Positions 8,199-17,271 of a stretch of 37,361 nt of DNA are shown one piece after another; the stretch's first letter is position 1, and every line of letters begins with the position of its first letter. Both the position numbers and the translations under genes were made by a program. The notes beneath the pieces were generated by a model. The model worked only from the letters and a program-made list of their open reading frames with translations. It was not told the DNA's origin and ran no database searches. The DNA comes from a virus (Duplodnaviria > Caudoviricetes): the IMG/VR virus record IMGVR_UViG_3300017774_007187, positions 1-37,361 of that record. One strand, given 5' to 3'.

Positions 8199-8861
8199 TT
8201 AAGATTGCCCTTTCTTTCTTTTGAAGGTTTCAATCAATATTTCTTTAGCTTTCCTTTCGATAACATCTTTGAAAGCACTTTCAATTAAAATTTTTAACCT
8301 ATCTTCTGAGAAAATTTCATTAAATAATATTGAGTTTACTTCTTGACTTACAAGTCCTCTAATAGACCTTTTAATTCTACCTAACTCTTCTTTCAAGATA
8401 GTCCTATTATCATCGTTTATAGGCTCTTCATATCTTGGAGTTGGTATTGATTTTGTTACTTCTTTTGATTCTTTGATGAATTCTTCGTATTGTGTTTCTA
8501 TATTTCTTGTAGGAACTTTTTGTTGTGTTTGCCCTCTACTGCCTGATAATAATGCTTGAATGTCATCGGGTGATACTTGTTTTTTATTAAGACCAATCTT
8601 ATCTGATTTAGTTCTTGCTAAAATTTCTGTAATTGGGACTTGTCTTTCCCTTTGCTCTATAATAGGGGCAGCTTGTGTTTGTGGGTTTTTATTTGATGTT
8701 GGTTTCTTTTTGACAACACCGTTATTAGTATCCATATTATCAGCAACTTGATTGATTTTTTGAATTTTCTTTAACCAAGCCTCAGATAACTGAGCGGTAT
8801 TTTCTGTTGGGCTTTCTGCACCACCTAATACCTTTAATGCTTTTAATCCTATTTGACTCAT
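8199..8861 (-). CDS. Hypothetical protein
   Basis: 220-aa ORF with a low-complexity middle and helical C-terminus. Confidence 0.75.
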   Translation of the reverse strand: MSQIGLKALKVLGGAESPTENTAQLSEAWLKKIQKINQVADNMDTNNGVVKKKPTSNKNPQTQAAPIIEQRERQVPITEILARTKSDKIGLNKKQVSPDDIQALLSGSRGQTQQKVPTRNIETQYEEFIKESKEVTKSIPTPRYEEPINDDNRTILKEELGRIKRSIRGLVSQEVNSILFNEIFSEDRLKILIESAFKDVIERKAKEILIETFKRKKGQS

Positions 8862-8875
8862 GATATATAATACGT

Positions 8876-9361
8876 TTATTTTTTCATTTGTAAATCAAAA
8901 ATACTAATAACGTCCTTTAATGATTTACTATATGTTTTATTTAATTTTTGTTTATTTGGGTCAATTTCAAATGTGTTAGTTGTGTAGTTTAGACTTTTTA
9001 TACCATCCAAACGAAACATTCTCCATTTAACTCTATCTCTTTGTGTACCTATGAGATATCTTGATTTTGTTTTTCTTGGACCTTGTGCATTCAATGTTTT
9101 TGATGAACTATTTCTTATCCAAGCGTAAATAACTCTTTTACCAAATTTATTTGTACCAATAGCATAAATCTCAACGTCTCTATAGAAGGTTGGTGGTTTA
9201 TCTGGGTCTTGAGGTGGTGTATAGGAGAATTTCATCACTCTTTGTGATTTCATTGCATCTATTATCCTCTTTTCTAAACCTGCTATATTTTGTTGTTCGG
9301 TAATTAGTTTCCGTAATACTAAATGTTCTAAGTATAATAATTTACTTTTAATATTTAACAT
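8876..9361 (-). CDS. Stand-alone WYL-domain protein
   Basis: IIDAM...VMKFSY...RDVEIYAIG...IYAW...WRMFRLDGIKSL matches the WYL pattern, including R.FRLDRI. Confidence 0.75.
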   Translation of the reverse strand: MLNIKSKLLYLEHLVLRKLITEQQNIAGLEKRIIDAMKSQRVMKFSYTPPQDPDKPPTFYRDVEIYAIGTNKFGKRVIYAWIRNSSSKTLNAQGPRKTKSRYLIGTQRDRVKWRMFRLDGIKSLNYTTNTFEIDPNKQKLNKTYSKSLKDVISIFDLQMKK

Positions 9362-9363
9362 AA

Positions 9364-9663
9364 TTATGGATATTGAACATCATTTAAATCATATTCATTA
9401 GCTGGTCCTCTTTGATATTTATTTTGTGTTATTCTACCTGGAGAATTAACACCTATTCTGGCATTTATATCAGCTAAATCACCTACTTTATTATAGGTGT
9501 TTAAATCATTTGGACTAACAGGGTCTTTTCCATATTTATCACCATCCGATTTTGCATTAGGATGATTTTTATCATATGGAAAGTTTTCTTTAGTTCTGTA
9601 AGTGCCAATATTACCCAATTGAGGTCTTCTTTGGTCACCTATTTGCATTAATTTAGTTGCCAT
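9364..9663 (-). CDS. Hypothetical protein (possible virion protein)
   Basis: 99-aa G/P/N-rich ORF in a putative late operon. Confidence 0.7.
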   Translation of the reverse strand: MATKLMQIGDQRRPQLGNIGTYRTKENFPYDKNHPNAKSDGDKYGKDPVSPNDLNTYNKVGDLADINARIGVNSPGRITQNKYQRGPANEYDLNDVQYP

Positions 9664-9664
9664 A

Positions 9665-9868
9665 TTATTTTTTGTCTATTTGTTTTTCCAATTTGTTAAG
9701 TTCTTCATCAAGTAGATTTTTAACAAATCCAATTGTGTTGTCCTTTATTGTTTCATTCATTGTTTGCCTATTTTCTGAGAAAGTACGATTTTGCTTTCCC
9801 TTAAAATTTAAAAGATAATCAAGTCTTTTGGCATTGTACTCTTGTGAATTATAAGATTTTTTTTTCAT
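9665..9868 (-). CDS. Hypothetical protein
   Basis: 67-aa ORF directly downstream of CTATTTATA. Confidence 0.65.
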   Translation of the reverse strand: MKKKSYNSQEYNAKRLDYLLNFKGKQNRTFSENRQTMNETIKDNTIGFVKNLLDEELNKLEKQIDKK

Positions 9869-9879
9869 ATGAGTTTTAA

Positions 9880-9909
9880 TATAAATAGATAGAATTAAAA
9901 CTATTTACA
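9880..9909. promoter_or_regulatory. Divergent putative late promoters (CTATTTATA on - at 9888-9880, CTATTTACA on + at 9901-9909)
   Basis: 11 nt upstream of ATG 9868 and 5 nt upstream of ATG 9915. Confidence 0.6.
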
Positions 9910-9914
9910 ATAAA

Positions 9915-10715
9915 ATGATTCCAAAAGGTGCTAAATATGGAAATAAAGTTTTTATACCTAACATAGGTGTAGAAAGAGTACGAGAATTATTAGATGATAC
10001 TGACCCTAAAACAACGTTCTTACCTGAAACAATTTCAATAATTGATTTAGATACTGAAATAGTGAATGTTTTAAATGAAGGTAATCTTGCAATTGTTTCT
10101 GATTCAAGAAAACAAAAAGTACCTGCTTATATTTTTGGTGCTGAAAAATGGAGTGAATTTGCTAAAACTTGGCAGTATACAGATGATGATAAAAATCTTG
10201 TATTTCCAATTATTACTATTCGTAAAACAGAAACTAAATTTGGTTCAAGATTAGGTGATAATAGGTCTTTCATATCCAATGAAAGAACTTTTGAATATAC
10301 AAGAGTTCCTGTAAAGGATAAAAATAATGGTATTATTGGTTATGAGATTTTTAAAATTCCTAACCCAACACCAATTGATATTGATTATGAAATAAGAATG
10401 TTTAGTGACTTTTCAAGAGATATTAATAAATTTGATGAAAAATTTATGCGTAAATTTCAGGATAAACAATTCTATATCAATGTAAAAGGACATTATATGC
10501 CTGTATTTCTTAAAGGAAGTTCTGAAGAACATGAAACTGATATGGAAAAAACAAACTTCTTAGTTAGAATACATAATATAAGTTTGAGAGGTTTCATTAT
10601 TGATGAAAATGATTTTGAAATTATTCGTGCTAATGAAAGGATAATTAAAGTTACCGAAATTGACGGTAATGAAGTGGAAAGAAAAACTTATCAAATAAAA
10701 AATGGCAGCGATTAA
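9915..10715 (+). CDS. Putative tail terminator / tail completion protein (T4 gp15-like)
   Basis: KVPAYIFGAEKW...FPIITI...PNPTPIDIDYEIRMF...DINKFDEKF resembles the gp15-family pattern. Lies in a late-promoter context. Confidence 0.6.
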   Translation: MIPKGAKYGNKVFIPNIGVERVRELLDDTDPKTTFLPETISIIDLDTEIVNVLNEGNLAIVSDSRKQKVPAYIFGAEKWSEFAKTWQYTDDDKNLVFPIITIRKTETKFGSRLGDNRSFISNERTFEYTRVPVKDKNNGIIGYEIFKIPNPTPIDIDYEIRMFSDFSRDINKFDEKFMRKFQDKQFYINVKGHYMPVFLKGSSEEHETDMEKTNFLVRIHNISLRGFIIDENDFEIIRANERIIKVTEIDGNEVERKTYQIKNGSD

Positions 10716-11250
10716 TCCTAAAAATACTTTTGAAATATATTATTATTTTGATATTTTTTTAACTGAAACTTATAAAAGTTTAGGTCAACTTGAAGCTATT
10801 ACAAATAACCAAATAATTGGTCAATTAACAGCTATAACTTTTAATCAAAATCAATTACAATTATATGATACTATACCACAAACAAATATAACAGTTTCAG
10901 GTCTTACTACTTCAAGATTAGCTGAAGTAAAAAGTTTTGACCCAATTGTACCTTATAAAGTTGGTGTAAATGGTGTTATATTGGTATTGGATAGTTTAAT
11001 TATCTATGAAATTGATGGTATAACATATCAAACTTTATTAGATGGTTCTAATACAACTTATTATTCTGTAACAAAACCAACAAATAATTTTGATTATCAA
11101 AATGTTATTAGAAATGATGATTCAGTATTTGTTGATTTAAAAAAGACTTTAAATGCAATGGTCATAAACAGAAATAATATACCTGTTTATGAATATATGG
11201 ATAAAATAAATAATTGTGATGAATTAGCTGATTTACTTGACATTTTTTAG
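10702..11250 (+). CDS. Hypothetical protein (likely structural)
   Basis: 182 aa, overlaps the upstream stop. Confidence 0.7.
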   Translation: MAAINPKNTFEIYYYFDIFLTETYKSLGQLEAITNNQIIGQLTAITFNQNQLQLYDTIPQTNITVSGLTTSRLAEVKSFDPIVPYKVGVNGVILVLDSLIIYEIDGITYQTLLDGSNTTYYSVTKPTNNFDYQNVIRNDDSVFVDLKKTLNAMVINRNNIPVYEYMDKINNCDELADLLDIF

Positions 11251-11251
11251 T

Positions 11252-11260
11252 CTATTTAAA
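11252..11260 (+). promoter_or_regulatory. Putative late promoter CTATTTAAA
   Basis: 11 nt upstream of ATG 11272. Confidence 0.5.
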
Positions 11261-11271
11261 GAAAAACATAA

Positions 11272-12177
11272 ATGGCTTTAGGTGTTACAGGTATTATTAG
11301 ACCTTCTACGGTAGATTTAGCAGATATTGAAGTATTATATTCTTTCACTCCTGATAGAATAACAAAACCTGACGTTTTCTCCTTTTTAGTTACTGAAAAT
11401 GTACTTGAAAAAAGATTTGTTGCATTAGGTTCAAGTCAAGTGCTACAAGGAATGTACACTTTGAAATTACCCTCTGATGTATTTAAAGAAGTTGGGTATT
11501 ATACCATAATGATTAGACCTAAACAAATTAGTACCACTATTTTAGATTGTGGTGTCTTATCTCAATTACCTGACCAAAAAGGACTTATTCTTGATACTAA
11601 TGAAGCAAATATTATTAATTTAACTCAATCTTTTAGTCCTGGTGGTTTATGTGGTTATAGAATAGAATATATAAATTCAACAGATGGTAGTATAACTCCA
11701 AATTTATTTACAACTGTTGCGTATTCTAATAGATGTGAAGCAGTTTCACAACCATCTAATGGAGCAACTCAGAAATCTGTTGTATATAAATTTAATGATG
11801 CAGGTAGTTTATTATTTTTATCAGTAACCCCTTCTTCTAGCCCATCTATTAAACCAAATGCATTACCTTATATTGGTGTGGCAGGTCAACAAATAATTAT
11901 ATCAAATACTTATTTTGACCCACAAGTTATTGATATTGAATTAACAGAATATGACCTTAAAAAGATTGCTCTTCTTGTTAATGGTGAAAGAACACTTAAT
12001 ATTGAAACAGGTATTGAGAATATTTATGATGATAGTAGAAATATCTTGGCTCAATCAACTCTTTACGATATTAAAGATGAAACTCAAAATCCTCTTTATA
12101 AAGTTAAACAAAATAACACTACTATTGATACAGAAGAATCTTGGGAAAGTATCAATAATAATGTTGAAAATGGTTAA
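11272..12177 (+). CDS. Hypothetical protein (likely virion structural)
   Basis: 301-aa beta-rich ORF behind the late motif. Confidence 0.75.
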   Translation: MALGVTGIIRPSTVDLADIEVLYSFTPDRITKPDVFSFLVTENVLEKRFVALGSSQVLQGMYTLKLPSDVFKEVGYYTIMIRPKQISTTILDCGVLSQLPDQKGLILDTNEANIINLTQSFSPGGLCGYRIEYINSTDGSITPNLFTTVAYSNRCEAVSQPSNGATQKSVVYKFNDAGSLLFLSVTPSSSPSIKPNALPYIGVAGQQIIISNTYFDPQVIDIELTEYDLKKIALLVNGERTLNIETGIENIYDDSRNILAQSTLYDIKDETQNPLYKVKQNNTTIDTEESWESINNNVENG

Positions 12178-12185
12178 TTAAAAAA

Positions 12186-12674
12186 TTATTTTAAATCAGC
12201 ATCTGATTTATATGGAATGTATTTTGTAGCACCATTAACTTTTCTTGCAACTAAAATCTGTTTTCTTTGCTTACCTGTTGATTCATAACTAACATGAACC
12301 CAATCGGGTTGTAAAGCATTACCAAATTCATATATTAATTGGTCGAATGTTAAATTAGCTTTAATATAATCAAATATTTGTTTATTTGTAACTTTGCTTC
12401 CATGACCATCCATATCAATGTCAATTGCCTCACCACTAGAGTGTTGTGATGTTGCTGATGCTCCTGGAGTTGCTTTATTTAAAGCTGCGCTTCTATAACC
12501 TGAAGAAATATAAATTGGTACGCCAAAATGTTTTCTAATTGGTTCAAATACATTCTCAGCCAATTTTTTAAAGTTTTCGATATGTTCAGGTGTAGGTTCA
12601 TTTGAGATACCTAATCTTTTTGCTGTGTTACTTCTTGTAACTTCATACAGTTCTAAATTATCCGATAATTTCAT
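12186..12674 (-). CDS. Peptidase M15A (Zn D-Ala-D-Ala carboxypeptidase-like endolysin)
   Basis: ISSGYRS..LN, SQHSSGEAID and WVHVSY zinc-ligand motifs. Confidence 0.92.
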   Translation of the reverse strand: MKLSDNLELYEVTRSNTAKRLGISNEPTPEHIENFKKLAENVFEPIRKHFGVPIYISSGYRSAALNKATPGASATSQHSSGEAIDIDMDGHGSKVTNKQIFDYIKANLTFDQLIYEFGNALQPDWVHVSYESTGKQRKQILVARKVNGATKYIPYKSDADLK

Positions 12675-12678
12675 ATAT

Positions 12679-13584
12679 TTATGTGTTATTTGCGATTAAA
12701 ATTTCATGTACTCTTTTGACCATATCCATTATATTTGGTACAGTATCATGTGTTGATATTTCGGAACTGTTTACCCAAACATAACCTGTATGTTCATCAT
12801 TTATTTTTATTCTATCGCTATTATTTGTTTTTGCGATAAAAACATAAACAAATGTATTTCCTTCTATTGTTGAATACACTAACTTTGGTTTTTTGACAGA
12901 TAAGTTAGTTTCTTCTTTTATCTCTCTAATGATTGTTTCTTCAGGTATCTCATGTTCTTCACAACCCCCACCAACTAATGCAAATTTTCCTGCCATCCAT
13001 TCATCACTTTCTGACCTCTTTAATAAAAGAATTTTATTTTCTTCATTAAAAAGAATACATACACAAGCAAATCTTAATTTCATCGGGAAATCTAATTCAT
13101 CATTTTCCATTAGTTTTTTTGGTTTTAATTCACTTAATATTTTATTTTTAATTGATTGTTGTTTTGGTGCTTTTAAAAATGATTTACTATGTTCACTTCT
13201 AAATTGATTTTTAAAACCTGCAAAATTTGATTTTACTTTTTTGCTTCTTTGAATAGGATTTCTTAATTCTTTTAATTGAGATTCAACCCAATTCTTCATC
13301 TTATTACCACCCATTATCATAAAATCAATTTTATTTTGTTGGCGGTGTCTTTCTCTTTGTCTAGATTCTAAATCTAAATCTACTTCATCAATAGTATCAA
13401 AAAAGTTTTTAACTCTTTTTAAATTTTCATATGTTAAAAACTTATTTTTAATAACATTACTGGCTTTTTGTTTTACAGATGACTCTTTATCTTTATTTTT
13501 TAATAAATTCTTACTTATTTCCTCAATTACATGTTGAGGAACTGCATATTTTTTATCTTTTTTTTCTAAATTAGAATTAGCCAT
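12679..13584 (-). CDS. NUDIX hydrolase fused to an uncharacterised basic N-terminal domain
   Basis: GGGCEEHEIPEETIIREIKEETNL Nudix box, ILLLKRS and EHTGYVWV. Confidence 0.88.
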   Translation of the reverse strand: MANSNLEKKDKKYAVPQHVIEEISKNLLKNKDKESSVKQKASNVIKNKFLTYENLKRVKNFFDTIDEVDLDLESRQRERHRQQNKIDFMIMGGNKMKNWVESQLKELRNPIQRSKKVKSNFAGFKNQFRSEHSKSFLKAPKQQSIKNKILSELKPKKLMENDELDFPMKLRFACVCILFNEENKILLLKRSESDEWMAGKFALVGGGCEEHEIPEETIIREIKEETNLSVKKPKLVYSTIEGNTFVYVFIAKTNNSDRIKINDEHTGYVWVNSSEISTHDTVPNIMDMVKRVHEILIANNT

Positions 13585-14102
13585 TAATTATCATCAATTA
13601 ATCTACTATTTTTTTTCATTATTTTTTTGCACAACTTATATTTAGCTTCTGTTGGTAAATCCTCAATATCAATATTTTGAATCAATTGAACAAAAACATT
13701 ATACATTGTTTTAAATTTCTTAGGTTCATCTTTAAGAATTTTTACAATGTTTTCAATTGATGAAACTAAATCATCATTATCAATATGTGTATCATCAATT
13801 AAATCACCATTATCATCATAATCTTTACCCATAATTGAATCTTCAGATACCATACCTAAATATAAACCAGGATATGTAAGAATTGATGACCTTTGTGCAG
13901 GGTTTGCTACTTGTCTTGCTGATTTATCTTGTGTATTTGCTGCATATATTTCACTATTTCCCATAGGAAATCCTTCTGTATCGGGTATACTATAGGTATC
14001 ATCCAAAATACCTTCTTCTATTTCTAGTTTAGGTTTTTTGATTTTTTTTTCAACCTTTTTATTAAATTTTTCGGCAATCTTCTTTAATTTATCTTTATCC
14101 AT
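13584..14102 (-). CDS. Hypothetical protein
   Basis: 172 aa. Its stop overlaps the NUDIX start and the late motif lies upstream. Confidence 0.75.
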   Translation of the reverse strand: MDKDKLKKIAEKFNKKVEKKIKKPKLEIEEGILDDTYSIPDTEGFPMGNSEIYAANTQDKSARQVANPAQRSSILTYPGLYLGMVSEDSIMGKDYDDNGDLIDDTHIDNDDLVSSIENIVKILKDEPKKFKTMYNVFVQLIQNIDIEDLPTEAKYKLCKKIMKKNSRLIDDN

Positions 14103-14118
14103 TAGATAACTATTTTTA

Positions 14119-14127
14119 TATAAATAG
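14119..14127 (-). promoter_or_regulatory. Putative late promoter CTATTTATA
   Basis: 16 nt upstream of ATG 14102. Confidence 0.6.
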
Positions 14128-14130
14128 TTG

Positions 14131-14577
14131 TTATCTCAATGTTTTCAAAAGATAATTAGGTTTTGTTTTCCACCACTCTTTATGGTTAAGTATAAATCCA
14201 ATAGATTGAAAACAATTTACGCTTTCTTTATTGTGTTTCTTATCCAATAAATATTTTAAATACCTTGCATTATAATTTGCACCTAATATTTCATTAAATC
14301 TACCAATAGTACCAAGTGTTACTTTAAATCTTTTAACTAATAATTTTCTTTCATAAACTTCTTGCTCCTTTAAAAATCTATCAAGAGTTTTTGAAACAAC
14401 AAATCCTGAACCTATTGCCTCACATATATATAATTTACTATTAAAATCTCTAACTAAAACACAATGATTGTATTCAGATTTTAAAAAAAATCTTATCAAC
14501 CAATAATAAATCTTATTAATGATTGACACACCCTTTTCATTCCTAACAAATACGATATCCCAATCTTTAAATGTCAT
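14131..14577 (-). CDS. Permuted papain-like (NlpC/P60, YiiX/YaeF-like) amidase
   Basis: DIVFVR...SEYNHCVL...ICEAIGSG...GANY...NCFQ, with His before Cys in permuted order. Confidence 0.7.
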   Translation of the reverse strand: MTFKDWDIVFVRNEKGVSIINKIYYWLIRFFLKSEYNHCVLVRDFNSKLYICEAIGSGFVVSKTLDRFLKEQEVYERKLLVKRFKVTLGTIGRFNEILGANYNARYLKYLLDKKHNKESVNCFQSIGFILNHKEWWKTKPNYLLKTLR

Positions 14578-14578
14578 T

Positions 14579-14989
14579 TTATAACCAAGTTACAATTTGT
14601 GCTATGCCGTAATTGTTAAATCTTTCATAGATATCACCCCTAGTTATCATTTGTGATGATAAATTATCAATAGCTACAGGGTTTGCTGCAATAATATCAA
14701 TAAAATAATCTGCTTCACCCATCGCATTTGGAAATGATGAATCTACATATTCTCCTGTTGCAGGATTAACATGTGTTGAATTATCTGCCCTTAATGTAAA
14801 AATATAATCAGGTATTAATGTATATTCAACATCAATACCATTTTCTTCTTTAAAATGTTTAACCAGAACTCTTAAATCAATAAATATTAATTCATTGGCA
14901 TTATATTCATCAGTAATTATTCCTGACCTTTTTGCTTTTCTTTTTATGTCACCATCTAATGGATGATTTGATATATTTATTAAGTTCAT
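14579..14989 (-). CDS. Hypothetical protein (tail-cluster associated)
   Basis: 136 aa, downstream of the tail-fibre genes with its own late motif. Confidence 0.7.
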   Translation of the reverse strand: MNLINISNHPLDGDIKRKAKRSGIITDEYNANELIFIDLRVLVKHFKEENGIDVEYTLIPDYIFTLRADNSTHVNPATGEYVDSSFPNAMGEADYFIDIIAANPVAIDNLSSQMITRGDIYERFNNYGIAQIVTWL

Positions 14990-14999
14990 GTTAGTTTTT

Positions 15000-15008
15000 T
15001 ATAAATAG
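15000..15008 (-). promoter_or_regulatory. Putative late promoter CTATTTATA
   Basis: 10 nt upstream of ATG 14989. Confidence 0.6.
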
Positions 15009-15009
15009 T

Positions 15010-15912
15010 CTATCTATAATTACCTGTTTTATTTTTGAATTTGGTTGTAAAATAATTATAAAGAAGATTTACTTGTTGAGGTGTTGTATATGAATGTGAT
15101 ATAAAACCTTCATGTGTTTTAGTTGCGGAAAATGCAGGACTAGAACCTATAGAACAATCAAGGGTATAACCACCTACATTATTAGAACCAGTTATGGGAT
15201 ACACACCACTGGTCATTGTTCCACTCGTTATTAAGGTATCATTGATATAAAAATAATAAGTGTTTCCTGTTATTGTATACAAAAATAAAGATGTTTTTTG
15301 TGCATATGCGGATATATTAAAAGTAAATTGTGAAACATTTTTTATATAAAAATTTAAAATAGTTGAAGTAACACTTTGACCGAAATTAAATAATCCTTGA
15401 AAACTATATCCTCTGCCTAACCCTAAAACAGGCGAACCAGCAGCTTGACCCGCCCAATAAAGATAAGAACAAAGAGTAGCTGCTGAATTGGGTGCAGTAA
15501 CAAACGTATTTATAAGGGGTGATATCATAACAATAACACCTCCAGTAGTACCAATACCAAATACACCTTTATTAGTATCAAAACTTGACCCTGAGAATTG
15601 GTTTGTAGTTGTTGATGTAAAGGTTTCTTGAATTGTGCTACCATTTATTGTTACACCCTCTATAGAAGTTACACCTGTAAAATAATAAAATTTTCTACCA
15701 TTTCCCGATATATCGTCAATTCTTTTTACTTGTGTTTGACCTGTTAGTGATACATTGGTTGACCCTGTTGCAGTTGAAAACATATTTCTATAATCTGTGG
15801 TATCTACATGGACTTGTAAGGAATCTCCATATATTTGTCTTGGTCCAACTAATATTGTTGGTACTGTATTTCCTAAACTTGAAAAAGTATTTCCTGAGAT
15901 ATCTAATAACAT
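15010..15912 (-). CDS. Putative LamG/concanavalin-like tail or receptor-binding protein
   Basis: DDISGNGR near the N-terminus, YFYIND, and C-terminal QQVNLLYNYFTTKF, typical of phage LamG-like domains. S/T/G-rich. Confidence 0.6.
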   Translation of the reverse strand: MLLDISGNTFSSLGNTVPTILVGPRQIYGDSLQVHVDTTDYRNMFSTATGSTNVSLTGQTQVKRIDDISGNGRKFYYFTGVTSIEGVTINGSTIQETFTSTTTNQFSGSSFDTNKGVFGIGTTGGVIVMISPLINTFVTAPNSAATLCSYLYWAGQAAGSPVLGLGRGYSFQGLFNFGQSVTSTILNFYIKNVSQFTFNISAYAQKTSLFLYTITGNTYYFYINDTLITSGTMTSGVYPITGSNNVGGYTLDCSIGSSPAFSATKTHEGFISHSYTTPQQVNLLYNYFTTKFKNKTGNYR

Positions 15913-15918
15913 ATATTT

Positions 15919-17256
15919 TTAATTTAAAATTTCTAAAGTTGATTCGTTTATTGTTATTGTGTTTAATGGGTCTGCTACATCTAATGTAGCCGTACAATCA
16001 AATACTTTGTCAGATATTGTATCAATTGTTGCATCCTGAGAATAAATACCAAATATAACAGGGTCACCATCAAGTGTTGATGGTGGTCCTGTTAAAAATA
16101 ATATTTTACCACTACAAATAACCAATCCTGAATTTCTTATTGTAAATGTAGAATCAATTTCAATTTCTGATACATAAGCACCGCCAACACTAATAGTTGA
16201 TGAACTAGAGATTACAGTTGACCCTATTTTTAATCTAATAGTTAAAGTTACAAAATCTCCTGAATCTATAGTTCCCCTTGCATTAAATCTATATTTTCTT
16301 CCAACCCCTAATTCGGGATTATAAGGATTTGTTGATGCAAGTAATGTTGTTGACCCTGTTAAAACAGGTGATATAATTGATGTCTCTGATGCCGTATTTG
16401 CGATTGTTAGAGATGATAAGGCATTAAATAAACCAAATGAATTAATGTATTTTGTTGATAAAGTACCTGCTGTATCAGTTTGTAAAATTGAGTTAGATAA
16501 ACCTGTTAAACTAATATTATTATCTTTAAAAATAAAATCAGTAGATATATTATTTTTATAAAATTTTAATGTATTACCTGATGTGCTATACCATATACTA
16601 CCATCAGATGGATTTGTTGGTTCACTTGAAAACGCTGTAAATCTTAAATGTGAAATAGTTGTACTAGATTCAATCAATAATCTTGTTGTTGTTGGTGCTG
16701 CCACATTACCAATTACCATTGACCCTATTGTCGTATCAAGTCTGAAAAAACCACTAGTTGTTAAAAAAAATGACGCATTAGATATATAAAATCTAGATGC
16801 TGTTGTGGGTGGTGAAATAAGTACTATTGTTGGGGATGCAGGTGTTGATATAGTAAAACCTCTATCACCTAATAATGTTCTTGCGGCAAGCAGCCTTGTT
16901 GTTGTAATTGATGATAATACACTAGCACCACCACCTATATTTAATAATTGATTTACAAGGGTTGGTGAACCTCTACTAATTAAAATATCACCATCATTAG
17001 TAGTTGATGGTGCAATAGTAATATTTGGACCTTCTAATAAATTTCTAAAAACTAATGTATCATTTGGGTTTATTGTGGTTGATAACCCTGAAAAAAAACC
17101 GATACTATTGGCATTTGTACCAATATTTATTCCACTTATAATTGTACCACTTCCTGTTGATGATGCTGATATAGCATATTGAGTATCTGAACTATAAATA
17201 GTTACACTTGGTGTTGAAATAAATGTATTTCCTAATTGTTTATAACTTAATGGCAT
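15919..17256 (-). CDS. Tail fibre-like protein (paralog B)
   Basis: 445 aa, S/T/G-rich, collinear paralog of 17272..18615. Confidence 0.7.
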   Translation of the reverse strand: MPLSYKQLGNTFISTPSVTIYSSDTQYAISASSTGSGTIISGINIGTNANSIGFFSGLSTTINPNDTLVFRNLLEGPNITIAPSTTNDGDILISRGSPTLVNQLLNIGGGASVLSSITTTRLLAARTLLGDRGFTISTPASPTIVLISPPTTASRFYISNASFFLTTSGFFRLDTTIGSMVIGNVAAPTTTRLLIESSTTISHLRFTAFSSEPTNPSDGSIWYSTSGNTLKFYKNNISTDFIFKDNNISLTGLSNSILQTDTAGTLSTKYINSFGLFNALSSLTIANTASETSIISPVLTGSTTLLASTNPYNPELGVGRKYRFNARGTIDSGDFVTLTIRLKIGSTVISSSSTISVGGAYVSEIEIDSTFTIRNSGLVICSGKILFLTGPPSTLDGDPVIFGIYSQDATIDTISDKVFDCTATLDVADPLNTITINESTLEILN

Positions 17257-17262
17257 CTTAAC

Positions 17263-17271
17263 TATAAATAG
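17263..17271 (-). promoter_or_regulatory. Putative late promoter CTATTTATA
   Basis: 6 nt upstream of ATG 17256. Confidence 0.55.
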
